The notes below the pieces were generated by a model, which saw nothing but the letters and a program-made list of their open reading frames with translations, was not told where the DNA came from and searched no databases. From an uncultured delta proteobacterium (GTDB taxonomy: Bacteria > Desulfobacterota > Desulfobacteria > Desulfobacterales > JAFDCJ01), in contig CAVYNY010000018.1 of assembly GCA_963769935.1 (NCBI GenBank), forward strand, positions 224,001 to 288,000: a stretch of DNA of 64,000 nucleotides, given 5' to 3'. A program made the position numbers and the translations under genes. How positions within the stretch are numbered: position 1 is the first letter of the stretch; each line of letters starts with the position of its first letter. This document shows, piece by piece, positions 19,484-29,247 of this stretch.

Positions 19484-20205
19484 GGCACATCCTCCCCTTC
19501 GCCAAGATAGACTTCAACCACCTTGGGATCGCGACACACGGCCTCGGGGTCTCCCACACCGATCACCGCACCGTTGTGCAGGATCAGCATCCGATCGGAA
19601 ACATCGATCAGGGAGTCGAGAATATGCTCGATGATCAGAATCGTGGTATCCTGTTCCCGGTTGATTTTGCGCACCACCGCCAAAAAGTCTTTGATCTCCG
19701 CCATGGAAAGCCCGGCCAGGGGTTCATCGAGCATCAGAAGCCGGCAGCCGGTTGCCAAGCAGGCGGCCATCATCACCAGCTTGGTCGTGTAAAGATCCAG
19801 GTTGCTGGCCAGGGTGTCCTTAAACGACGTCAGGCTCAGGAAATCAAGTTTAGCCCGGATTCTTTTTCCCAGCCCGCGGCCGTCATGTCCGCCAAAGGTG
19901 GCACCGACGCGGACGTTGTCATACACACTGAGGGTTGGAAACGTCCGGGGAATTTGAAAGGTACGGGCCATTCCCAAGCGGCAGATTCGATGCGCCTTCA
20001 GCCGGGTGATATCTTGGCCGTCAAAAACAATTTGGCCGGTCGATGGCGGAAAACTGCCGGAAACGACGTTAAACAGGGTGGACTTGCCGGCCCCGTTGGG
20101 GCCGGCAATTCCGAAAATTTCACCCTTTTGCACCGTCATATCCACATCGACCAGCGCCTCGATACTTCCAAAGGTCTTGGATACTTTCCTGGTTTCAAGA
20201 ATCAT
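19480..20205 (-). CDS. livG: ABC transporter ATP-binding protein (LivG-like)
   Basis: GPNGAGKSTLFN, ARTFQ, LDEPLAGL, IEH, VVEVYLG. Confidence 0.9.
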   Translation of the reverse strand: MILETRKVSKTFGSIEALVDVDMTVQKGEIFGIAGPNGAGKSTLFNVVSGSFPPSTGQIVFDGQDITRLKAHRICRLGMARTFQIPRTFPTLSVYDNVRVGATFGGHDGRGLGKRIRAKLDFLSLTSFKDTLASNLDLYTTKLVMMAACLATGCRLLMLDEPLAGLSMAEIKDFLAVVRKINREQDTTILIIEHILDSLIDVSDRMLILHNGAVIGVGDPEAVCRDPKVVEVYLGEGEDVP

Positions 20206-20316
20206 TGCTAAATCTGTCCTCTGGCAGCGCCTGTTCATGCCGGCGCTTTCAAATCCGAAAGGCCGCCGGCAGGACGCTTTAACACATGGGTTGCAGCTTC
20301 GAAAAGGAGTGCGCCA

Positions 20317-21549
20317 TTACTTCTTGATCCAGGGTGGCTTGCGGTATTGGGCTTTTTTAAACCGGGCGGGTCCCGTCTGCAGACTTTTGCCGTCCCAGAT
20401 CTGGTGCCAGATCAGCGGCATCAGGTATTCGCCCGGAATCGCCGACTGGTCTTTGGGATTGAACACAAAAAGGCCGGCCATACCGTCATAGGCCGTTTCC
20501 CGAATCAGGCGGGCGACCTCACGGTAGCAATCGACACAACCGGCTTTTTCAACGGCCTGGACCCAGATCTCAAAGGCGTCCCGGGTGGCAACCGGGTAAA
20601 AACCGGCCGGATCTTTTTTGAACCGGGCCACCCAGCGTTTCTTGTAAGCTTCAAATTTGGGTCCGAACTGATCGGCACCCGCCACCCAGATCAACCCGTC
20701 GGCGGATTTGCCGGCAAGCTCCAAAAACTCAGGGATCGACGGCGTGTATTGCATATACACCAAAGCATCGATCCCATCGTCGCCGAAGCGGTCCGAAAAT
20801 TGCTTCATGAAGCGCGCCGCATCGGTGGGATCCAGATTCCAGAAGGTCACAAAGGCCGGCTGGGCCGACTCGATCCGGGATAAGATCGGACCCCACTGGG
20901 CCACGCCGAATTGCGTGGTTTCGTTGATCACCACCTCGTAGCCGTCTTTTTCGACGCGCTTGGCAAACTCGTCGGCCGGCATCACATTATAGGCATAATC
21001 GACTTTGATAATGGCGATTTTTTTGTTGGGGGGCGTCCAGCCCATCTCCCGAGGGATATTGAACAGGTCATTGGCGGCACTGACACCGTAATCCGTGTCG
21101 TTGAAGGTGTACTGAAAACAGTTCCAGTATTTTTCAGGATTTTGGGCAACCGGCGCCGTACACAGCGTCATGGCATTGCCGTGCAAATAAGGCACGTCGT
21201 ATTGGCCGAACACTTTGGTGTCGACCCCGCCGTCGTCGTATCCGGTGATCACCACATCAACGCCGGCGCCGATCAGCCGCTCGCCCACCGCCTTTATTTT
21301 TTCGGCCTCCAGGCCGCCGACGTCACCGAATTTGAGCTCCAGCTGGCGGCCCAAAAGTCCGCCGGACGCATTTTTTTCTTCAACGGCCAATTCCAGCGCC
21401 ATTTTCATCTGCTCCCCGTCACTGGCATAGGGTCCGGTCAACGGCAACGGGGTTCCGATCAAAATCGGTTTTGCGGCGAAAGCTGTCGCTGCTGAAAAAC
21501 CAATCAGCAAAATCGATAAAACCGTAATCAAAATTCTTTTTCGCTTCAT
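20317..21549 (-). CDS. ABC transporter substrate-binding protein (LivK/periplasmic binding protein type 1)
   Basis: Signal peptide MKRKRIL...AFA; PLTGPYASDG, GGLLGRQLEL; GGAGG RBS. Confidence 0.88.
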   Translation of the reverse strand: MKRKRILITVLSILLIGFSAATAFAAKPILIGTPLPLTGPYASDGEQMKMALELAVEEKNASGGLLGRQLELKFGDVGGLEAEKIKAVGERLIGAGVDVVITGYDDGGVDTKVFGQYDVPYLHGNAMTLCTAPVAQNPEKYWNCFQYTFNDTDYGVSAANDLFNIPREMGWTPPNKKIAIIKVDYAYNVMPADEFAKRVEKDGYEVVINETTQFGVAQWGPILSRIESAQPAFVTFWNLDPTDAARFMKQFSDRFGDDGIDALVYMQYTPSIPEFLELAGKSADGLIWVAGADQFGPKFEAYKKRWVARFKKDPAGFYPVATRDAFEIWVQAVEKAGCVDCYREVARLIRETAYDGMAGLFVFNPKDQSAIPGEYLMPLIWHQIWDGKSLQTGPARFKKAQYRKPPWIKK

Positions 21550-21580
21550 TTTTGCCCTCCTTTTGAAGATTGGTGACCTT

Positions 21581-22387
21581 TTAAGATAGCGGTTGATAAA
21601 TTTCAGGCCTTCGGTCTCTGAGATAATTAATGCTGCCGCTGCGCGCTGCGGTGATGCGGTCAGGATCCATATCCGCAATTAACAACGCCGGTGACTGAGC
21701 GTCCGCCTGTTCCAGAATATGTCCCATCGGGTCCACAAAACCGCTGCTCCCGCAAAAGACAAGATCCTTTTCCCGACCGATCCGGTTGGCCAACGCCAGA
21801 AAGATCTGATTTTCCATGGCACGGGCCCTTAGATAGACATCCTGATGACCGCTCCAGGGATGCATGTTGGCCGTGGCGACCAGCACCACCTCGGCGCCCT
21901 GCAATGCAGTCATCCGGGCCATTTCCGGAAATTCAAGATCGTAGCATATTAAAAATCCGGTGCGACCCAGGGGAGTTTCGACAATTTTAATTTCGCGGCC
22001 GCTGCTGAAATATTTTTTTTCTTCATCGAACAGGTGGATTTTGCGGTAAACCACCATGATGTCTCCCCGGCCGGACAGACACACCAGGGAATTAAATATT
22101 TGACGGGAAGCTGGGTCCAATTCCGGAAACCCCATGCAAATACAGATTTGATTGGTTTTGGCGATTTGGGCCAAAGCAGCAATGCTCGGGCCTGAAACGG
22201 CTTCCGCCAGTTGCTGGATATCAGCTTCCAGCGCATAGCCGGTTAAATACATTTCGGGAAACAATACCAGCCTGGCGTTCTGTTGGGCGGCAGCTTTAAT
22301 CAGACCAGTGGCTTTTGCGATATTTTGGGCCTTTTCTCCCAAAAGGCAATCGTCCTGCACAATTGCGATACGAGCCAATCGGTTCAT
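21581..22387 (-). CDS. Carbon-nitrogen hydrolase family amidase
   Basis: Catalytic triad in FPEMYLTGY, YRKIHLF, ICYDLEFPE; RARAMENQ. Confidence 0.9.
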   Translation of the reverse strand: MNRLARIAIVQDDCLLGEKAQNIAKATGLIKAAAQQNARLVLFPEMYLTGYALEADIQQLAEAVSGPSIAALAQIAKTNQICICMGFPELDPASRQIFNSLVCLSGRGDIMVVYRKIHLFDEEKKYFSSGREIKIVETPLGRTGFLICYDLEFPEMARMTALQGAEVVLVATANMHPWSGHQDVYLRARAMENQIFLALANRIGREKDLVFCGSSGFVDPMGHILEQADAQSPALLIADMDPDRITAARSGSINYLRDRRPEIYQPLS

Positions 22388-22487
22388 TCCTCCCCGTCAC
22401 GTGCTGACAAATCGGCAATTCACCCGGCCCGCATGAATCGCATCCCCGGGCGCCAAGCCATCCGTTAATAGGCCCGGCCATCCGGGT

Positions 22488-23339
22488 TTATTCAACAACG
22501 ATCTTCAGCAGCTCTGAATAGGTTTCCGGCCGCCGGTCCCGGTAAAAGTGAAACAGGTCCCTGAATTCCCGGATTTGATTGAGATCCAGCTCGGCTGCGA
22601 CCACCTGGTCGCTCTGGTTGTCGCCCCGGGCCAACACGTCGCCGAAAGGGTTGCTGATAAAGCTGCCGCCATAAAAACGCATGTCATCTTCCCGGCCCAC
22701 ACGGTTTAAAGCCCCAATAAAAAGGCCGTTGACAATGCCGTGGGACTTAATGACGGTTTCCCAGGCCGCTTGGGAGCTGTAGTCGGGACGATCGGGCTCA
22801 CTGCCGATCGCCGACGGATAGAATATGATCTGAGCGCCCTTCATCCCTAAAATTCGCGCCACCTCCGGAAACCACTCATCCCAGCAGATCCCCACCCCGA
22901 TGGTCGCATAGGCGGTCTGAAAGACCGGATAGCCCAGGTTCCCGGGGGTAAAATAATATTTTTCCAGGTATTGCGGGCCTTCGGGAATATGAACTTTTCT
23001 AAACTTTCCGGCAATCGATCCGTCCGCATCGATGATCACCGCGGTATTAAAGTTGATCCCCGGCCGGGCGCATTCATAGACCGGCACGATGATCGTCATC
23101 TTATTAGCGGCCGCAATTTTTTGCATCACCGCGACGGCTTCATCCGGCAGGGGACGCGCCAGGCCGCAATTTTTCACATCGACACTCTGCGGGAAATATC
23201 GGCTGGCAAAAAGTTCCTGCAGGCAGACAATATTGGCACCGGCGGCGGCGGCCTGCTGCACCATGGCGACGGCTTTATCGATGTTCTGCCTAATCTCGGC
23301 CCCGCACGACATTTGAATCAACGCCACGCTAACAGTCAT
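22488..23339 (-). CDS. Carbon-nitrogen hydrolase, N-carbamoylputrescine amidase (AguB)/beta-ureidopropionase-like
   Basis: LQELF, FRKVHIPEGPQYLEKYYFTPG, ICWDEWFPE, YPSAIGSEP, RDRRPETY. Confidence 0.88.
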   Translation of the reverse strand: MTVSVALIQMSCGAEIRQNIDKAVAMVQQAAAAGANIVCLQELFASRYFPQSVDVKNCGLARPLPDEAVAVMQKIAAANKMTIIVPVYECARPGINFNTAVIIDADGSIAGKFRKVHIPEGPQYLEKYYFTPGNLGYPVFQTAYATIGVGICWDEWFPEVARILGMKGAQIIFYPSAIGSEPDRPDYSSQAAWETVIKSHGIVNGLFIGALNRVGREDDMRFYGGSFISNPFGDVLARGDNQSDQVVAAELDLNQIREFRDLFHFYRDRRPETYSELLKIVVE

Positions 23340-23543
23340 CTTTTAACCACCCTTTTACCGTAAACTTAACCCGATTATACCGCCGCCTCACACGCTGCCC
23401 GACAGTTGGCTATTAATGAACGGCTCACTTAACGTCTACCTCTCTATCGTTTTGTGCGGTACACACCAGGTGGACCGCACAATCACACCCCCAAATCAAT
23501 GCCGAAATCTGCATGTTACTTCTAACGGAACGGATTCAGCCCA

Positions 23544-24597
23544 TTAGTGCGACTTCGCCCGGGTCCAGGCTTCATCCATAATGCGGTTGTCCTTGCCCAG
23601 ATCTTTGGTGAAAAAAAGCGTCTTCATGATTTCAGGCGGCGGCCACACACCCGGATTCTCCAGGTCTTCTTTATTCAGATAGGGCCTCGCAGCATCATCG
23701 GGGGTGGCATAATGGTTGTAATTGGTCAGCGAGGCATTGACTTTGGGATCCAAAATCCAGTTGATCCATTTGTAGGCGGCATCCGGATTGGGAGCCTGGG
23801 CCGGTATGCACATGGAGTCAAGCCATATCTCACTGCCTTCCTTGGGCACCACAAATCCCAGATTTTTCGGATCTTCGGCAATGGCCTGGATGGCGTCACC
23901 GTTGTAGACAATGGCTGCGTTGGCCGCGCCGGCGACCACATCGTTTTTGCCGCCCACGCCGCCTTTGAACCCCAGACAACTTTGGCGTTTTTTGGTTTGA
24001 ATCAGCAAATCCGATGCGGCCATAAGCTCCTTGGGGTTAATGCTGTTGAAATCATATCCCAGATACAGCAGCGAAATGCCCATCATCTCGCGCACCGAGT
24101 CGATGAGGGCAAACGGTCCCGGATCCTTTTGGGGATCGTAAATAATGGACCAGCTGTGTACATCGGCATCTTTGATGCGATCCTTGCGGTACATCAGGCC
24201 CACAGTGCCCCACTGCCAGCCGGCCGAGTATTTGTTGCCCGGATCGAAGGTGGTTTCTCTTGAATTTAGATCCCAGGTTCTTCAGGTTGGGAATCTTGGA
24301 ATGATCCAGAGGCTGGATCAGTTTCAGGTTGATCAGGCTGGGCATGATGTAGTCCGACGGCACGATAATGTCATACTGGGAGACGCCCCCCGCCTGGAGT
24401 TTGGCCATCATCTCCTCGTTGGATTCGTAAAGATCCAACCGCACCTTTATTCCCGTGGCCTTTTCAAAATCCTTGGGCATGTTTTCCTCATCCATGTACT
24501 CCGACCAGATGAAGATCTTGAGCTCATCCGCCGCAGCGAAAACCCTCCCCCCGCATAAAACCGAAAATGCCACCAGCAGTAAAACCAGTTTTTTCAT
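23544..24597 (-). CDS. potD: Spermidine/putrescine ABC transporter substrate-binding protein, split by a 1-nt frameshift near 24260
   Basis: ORF 24052..24597 (WSEY, ESNEEMMAKL, YDIIVPSDY) continues in another frame as ETTFDPGNKYSAGWQWGTVGLMYR...PKEGSEIWLD. Confidence 0.85.
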
Positions 24598-24748
24598 TTG
24601 ATCCTCCTTTTTTCGGGTAAGTTGTTGTTTGTCTGTCGTCTGTTTTCAAAAAGTCATCAAACCATTTTGGTTCCGGCTCGTCCGGGTTATGTTATAGATT
24701 CGATATTTTTTTCACAACTTACGACTAACAACTCACAACACGCTCATT

Positions 24749-25537
24749 CTATTTGCGCGTAAACCGCTCCATACCGATTATCATAACGACCGTAATCAAC
24801 ACCACCAGGGTGGACAACGCGTGAATCTGAGGGGTAACGCCGCGCCGAACAGCTGCAAAAATAAACAGCGGCAGGGTGACCGATTCGGGACCGGCCGTAA
24901 AAAAACTGATCACAAAGTCGTCCAGCGAAAGCGTAAACGCCAGCATGGCGCCGGCCACGATTCCCGGCGCCAGCAGCGGCAGCGTAATGCGGCGCAGCAT
25001 ATACGATGTGCCGGCAAAAAGATCCCGGGCCGCCTCTTCCACATCCCGGCCGATGCCCACCAGCCGGCTGCGCACCACCAGCGCCACAAAGGAAATCTGA
25101 AATGTAATATGGCCGATGATCATGTTGAACAGCCCCGGTTCAAACAGGGAGGAGACTGCCCGCAACAGTCCGAAGGCTACCACCAGGGCCGCTGCCAGAA
25201 TAATGTCCGGGATTACCACCGGGATATGCAAAACGAGATCCAGAAAAGTATTGGTTTTGCGGCTCCACGGAAATCGGTCCATGCCGATAGCCAGCACGGT
25301 CCCCAGGACGGTGGCGACCAAGGTTGAAACAACCGCCAGAACCAGCGTGTTCCAGGCGGCCTCCAGGATAAACTCGTTTTGAATGAGTTTTGTGTACCAG
25401 TCCAGGGTAAATCCCCGCCAGACCAGACCATAGCGCGTGGCATTGACGGAAAAAACCGCCACGGCCGCCAGCGGCAGATAAAGAAACCCCACGGTAAATA
25501 AGGCCATGGCGGTTATCAGCGGATGCGAGCGTCTCAT
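24749..25537 (-). CDS. potC: Spermidine/putrescine ABC transporter permease
   Basis: FLYLPL, GFTLDWY, EEAARDL, AFTLSLDDFVISFF. Confidence 0.9.
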   Translation of the reverse strand: MRRSHPLITAMALFTVGFLYLPLAAVAVFSVNATRYGLVWRGFTLDWYTKLIQNEFILEAAWNTLVLAVVSTLVATVLGTVLAIGMDRFPWSRKTNTFLDLVLHIPVVIPDIILAAALVVAFGLLRAVSSLFEPGLFNMIIGHITFQISFVALVVRSRLVGIGRDVEEAARDLFAGTSYMLRRITLPLLAPGIVAGAMLAFTLSLDDFVISFFTAGPESVTLPLFIFAAVRRGVTPQIHALSTLVVLITVVMIIGMERFTRK

Positions 25538-26439
25538 ATATACTCAATATCCTTGCTTCGGCGCCGATAAAGCTGAAGGCTGATCATGGTCAGAACCATT
25601 AGGCCCATGCTGATTGCGGCCCCGAAAGGCCAATCCCGGCTCGAGCCGAATTGCTGCTGAATGAGGTTGCCCACCAGCATGTATTTGGCGCCGCCGAGCA
25701 GGTCCGGCACGACAAACATGCCCATGGCGGGGACAAAAGTCAGGATGACTCCGACGGACAGCCCCGGCAGCGTCTGGGGCAGGATGGCCTGGGTAAATAC
25801 CCGTACCTTGGAGGCATAAAGATCCTGGGCGGCTTCCACCAGCGACCAGTCCAGGCGCTCGACACTGGAATACAGGGGCAGGGCCACAAAAGGCAAAAAC
25901 ATCGAAACCATCCCCAGGTACACGGCAAAAGCATTGGGATACAAAGGATTGCCGGCCGGAATCAAACCTAAAAGCGACGCCAGTTTGGCCGGGGGCAGCT
26001 CCGGCGCCAGAATCAGAAACCAGGCATAAGTTCGAATGACCATATTCGTCCAAAACGGTATGATCACCATGGTCAGCCACAGATAGCGGCTTCGCTCGGG
26101 CCGGGCGCAGATGAAAAACGCCAGCGGGTAGGAAAGGATCACGGATATGGCTGTGGTGACAAAAGCGACCCAGACCGAACGCAGTACGATCATGATATAG
26201 TCGGCGGTCCATCCGAAAAGAGTGAAGCCGGCCAGGCGGGTATAGTTTTCAACGGTAAAATTCCACTCAAGCTGCCCGTAGGCGCCGCGGCTGACAAAAC
26301 TGACCCCGATCAATACCAGTCCGGGAAGCACCAGAAACACCATCAGCCACAGCATGCCGGCCCCCAGAAAATAAAGCCCGCGTTGGGTGAGATTGCGCTG
26401 GGTGGTTAATTCCCCGTACCAGACGAGCAGTTTAATCAT
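25534..26439 (-). CDS. potB: Spermidine/putrescine ABC transporter permease
   Basis: IPFWTNMVIRTYAW, EAAQDLYA, RDWPFGAA. Confidence 0.9.
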   Translation of the reverse strand: MIKLLVWYGELTTQRNLTQRGLYFLGAGMLWLMVFLVLPGLVLIGVSFVSRGAYGQLEWNFTVENYTRLAGFTLFGWTADYIMIVLRSVWVAFVTTAISVILSYPLAFFICARPERSRYLWLTMVIIPFWTNMVIRTYAWFLILAPELPPAKLASLLGLIPAGNPLYPNAFAVYLGMVSMFLPFVALPLYSSVERLDWSLVEAAQDLYASKVRVFTQAILPQTLPGLSVGVILTFVPAMGMFVVPDLLGGAKYMLVGNLIQQQFGSSRDWPFGAAISMGLMVLTMISLQLYRRRSKDIEYI

Positions 26440-27472
26440 TTAAAATCACCAATCCCTCTGTTGGAAGCTCCAGCCAGACTTCATTGTCAAAATCGAAGTT
26501 TAATTGGGCCGGTGTCCGCACCCGCAGGGGTCCCGGTTCGAGCCACAGATCAACATTGGTTCCCCGGTATATGGCTTCGGTTACTCTGGCTTTGACACCG
26601 TTTTTTTCCGGGGCCCCATCGCAGATTCGAATGCGTTCGGGGCGGATGGCCACCGTTCCCTGATTCCATCCGGGGGTTTTTTTGAGCTGCAGAAAGCCGA
26701 TCTCGGTATCAATCCCCCCGTTGGCGGCGCGCCCGCGAATCAAGTTGGCAGCGCCTAAAAATTCGGCCACAAAACGCGTTTGGGGTTGTTCATATACTTC
26801 CTTGGGGGTGCCGAACTGTATGATTTTACCCTCGCTCATAACGGCAATGCGGTCGGAAACCACCAGGGCTTCGGCCTGGTCATGGGTCACCAGAATAAAG
26901 GTCTGGCCCAGCTTGCGCTGCAAACGCCGCAGCTCCATCTGCACCTGCGCCCGCAGCCGCGCATCCAGGGCCGACATGGGCTCGTCCAACAACAAAACTT
27001 CGGGTTCGTTTACCAGGGCGCGGGCCAGGGCCACCCGCTGCTGCTGGCCGCCGGAGAGTTGATGCGGGAAGCGAGCGGCCATTTCCTCCAGTTCCAGCAT
27101 TTCAAGGCGTCGGCCGACCCGGGATTGAACCTCGTTCTGGGGAAATTTGCGGGAACGAAGCCCGAAAGCCACATTTTCGAATATGCTCAAATGCGGAAAC
27201 AGCGCATAGCTTTGAAATACGGTGTTGACCTGCCGTTTGGTGGCCGGCAAGGCGGTGATATCCCGGCCGCCCAAAAGCACCTGGCCGTTATCGGGCAGCT
27301 CAAGCCCGGCAATAATGCGCAGCAGCGTTGTTTTCCCGCAGCCGGAGGGTCCCAGAAGCGTAAAAAACTCACCTTCATGGACATCGAGTGAAACACCCAC
27401 GAGCGCTTTAACGTCCGCGAAGTTTTTGTCGATGTTAATTACGGAAAGGCCCTTTTCGTTTTCGGCAACCAT
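26432..27472 (-). CDS. potA: Spermidine/putrescine ABC transporter ATP-binding protein
   Basis: GPSGCGKTT, RQVNTVFQSYALFPH, LSGGQQQRVALARAL, TOBE-like C-terminus. Confidence 0.9.
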   Translation of the reverse strand: MVAENEKGLSVINIDKNFADVKALVGVSLDVHEGEFFTLLGPSGCGKTTLLRIIAGLELPDNGQVLLGGRDITALPATKRQVNTVFQSYALFPHLSIFENVAFGLRSRKFPQNEVQSRVGRRLEMLELEEMAARFPHQLSGGQQQRVALARALVNEPEVLLLDEPMSALDARLRAQVQMELRRLQRKLGQTFILVTHDQAEALVVSDRIAVMSEGKIIQFGTPKEVYEQPQTRFVAEFLGAANLIRGRAANGGIDTEIGFLQLKKTPGWNQGTVAIRPERIRICDGAPEKNGVKARVTEAIYRGTNVDLWLEPGPLRVRTPAQLNFDFDNEVWLELPTEGLVILND

Positions 27473-27536
27473 GAGAGCATTCCTATATTCGATAGGTCTA
27501 TCAATTGCTACTATGGTACATTCATCATTACATCTG

Positions 27537-27590
27537 AATTTTGGTCATTGGTATTTATTTGGAATTTGTTTTTGGGTCTTTGGAATTTTC
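27537..27590. repeat. Degenerate heptamer repeat tract (TTGG(A/T)(A/C)T-like)
   Basis: TTTTGGTCATTGGTATTTATTTGGAATTTGTTTTTGGGTCTTTGGAATTT between patA and potA. Confidence 0.5.
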
Positions 27591-27613
27591 CGATTTGCCG
27601 CAGGCGATTGCCT

Positions 27614-29038
27614 TCAAATTGTGCGCGCCGATTCAGGCACGGGCCGCTGCGGCACTTCGATACTTTTGATTACATCTTCGAGACGGTTAAGTATCTCATC
27701 CAACGTTTCCCACGGTATATTCAACGCCGGTTCGAAGCGTATGGTTCGGGAGTTGGTCAGGGTCCCGGCGGTCAGCACACCCCGGGAAAACAGGCCGGCG
27801 GCGACTTTGTAGCCGATGCCGTCGGTGGGAAATTCCATGCCGATCAATAAGCCCAATCCGCGCGCCTGCGTCAAAACGCCGGGATATCGCTCCTGAAGCT
27901 GCTTTAACTGCTTCAATACATACTCGCCCTTGACCTTGGCCTGACCGGCCAGGTCCTCTTCGAGCAGGACCGTAATGGCTGCAAGGGCCGCCGCGCAGGC
28001 CAGGGGGTTCCCGCCGGTGGTGGTGGTATGCATAAATGGATTGGGTTCCAGGCACTCCCAGATTTTGGGCGTGGAGAGAAACGCCGAAAGGGGCACCACG
28101 CCGCCTCCCAGGGCTTTGCCCAGACAGAGGATATCCGGGACGACGTTCCAGTGGTCCACGCCGAAAATTTCACCGGTGCGCCCCATGCCGGTCTGGACTT
28201 CATCGGCAATCAGCAGTACCCCGTAGTGGTTGCAAATTTCCCTCAGCCGCGGCCAGAAATCATCCGGCGGCACCACCGCACCGGCCTCACCCTGGACCGG
28301 TTCGGCAACGACGGCGGCAAAATCGTCACCGACCGCTTTGGCTGAAGCCAGAACCTGCTCCACGGCAGCAGCATCACCAAAGGGCACGTGCCTAACACCT
28401 TGCAGCAGCGGCAGCAGCGGCTCGCGAAATATTTTTTTGCCCATCAGCGACAGCGATCCCAGGCTCTTGCCGTGAAACGCCTTGAGCATGGCGATAAAGC
28501 CTTTGCGACCCGTGTAAAGCTTGGCTATCTTCATGGCGCCTTCCACGGCTTCGGTGCCGGAGTTGGCAAAAAAGCCGTACTGGATATTGCCCGGCGTCAG
28601 GAAGGCTAAAACCCTGGCGAGCTGGGCTCGCAGGGGATCCAGCATCTCCTGGCTGTACTGGGGTGAGCGGTCCAGCTGGGCCTTGACCGAGGCAATAATC
28701 TTCGGGTGACGGATGCCGTAAGAATACAGCCCAAAGCCGCCGAGCAGATCGATAAACTGGCGGTCCAGGGCGTCTACCAGGATCGAACCCTGACCCGTCC
28801 ACTCGGTAACGGCAAAACTGCCGGCCTCGGTGACTGATTTGCGGTAGTCCAAAAAGCCTTTGTTGATGTGGTCGCGGAAATTGCGAACGGTCCTGCGTGA
28901 AATTTCCTCGCGGACTTCGAGCGGCACCTGTCCGACCGGGGTGAGGATGATATCGACCATCTGTTTGGCTTCCGCCAGGGCTGCTTTTATATCCCGTCCT
29001 TTGTAATCACCGGTATCACCGTCTTCGGAATCATGCAT
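27614..29038 (-). CDS. patA: Putrescine aminotransferase
   Basis: GFLDYRKSVT, SQEMLDPLRA, FHGKSLGSLS, DEVQTGMGRTG, NPFMHTTTTGGNPLAC, AGTLTNSRTIRFEP closely match the PatA/YgjG pattern. Confidence 0.88.
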   Translation of the reverse strand: MHDSEDGDTGDYKGRDIKAALAEAKQMVDIILTPVGQVPLEVREEISRRTVRNFRDHINKGFLDYRKSVTEAGSFAVTEWTGQGSILVDALDRQFIDLLGGFGLYSYGIRHPKIIASVKAQLDRSPQYSQEMLDPLRAQLARVLAFLTPGNIQYGFFANSGTEAVEGAMKIAKLYTGRKGFIAMLKAFHGKSLGSLSLMGKKIFREPLLPLLQGVRHVPFGDAAAVEQVLASAKAVGDDFAAVVAEPVQGEAGAVVPPDDFWPRLREICNHYGVLLIADEVQTGMGRTGEIFGVDHWNVVPDILCLGKALGGGVVPLSAFLSTPKIWECLEPNPFMHTTTTGGNPLACAAALAAITVLLEEDLAGQAKVKGEYVLKQLKQLQERYPGVLTQARGLGLLIGMEFPTDGIGYKVAAGLFSRGVLTAGTLTNSRTIRFEPALNIPWETLDEILNRLEDVIKSIEVPQRPVPESARTI

Positions 29039-29247
29039 TTGAAACACTCCCACAATATCGATTCGGATATATGGTTAAAGACCTACAACAAGGTGGAAAA
29101 TTATGCTACTTCAGTAAAGGACTTGTGGCCATAAGTCAAGAAAATGATTCTAAAGAATCCCCCTGATTTGCCGATAACTCATTTTACCATGTCGCTGTGT
29201 AAGATCCCAAAATTTGCATTAATTCTATAAAAACGACGGAAAATCTA

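Noticed and set aside
23452..23482. Hairpin after potD as an intrinsic terminator
   Set aside because: The stem is present, but there is no U-tract on the coding (minus) strand, so its role is unclear
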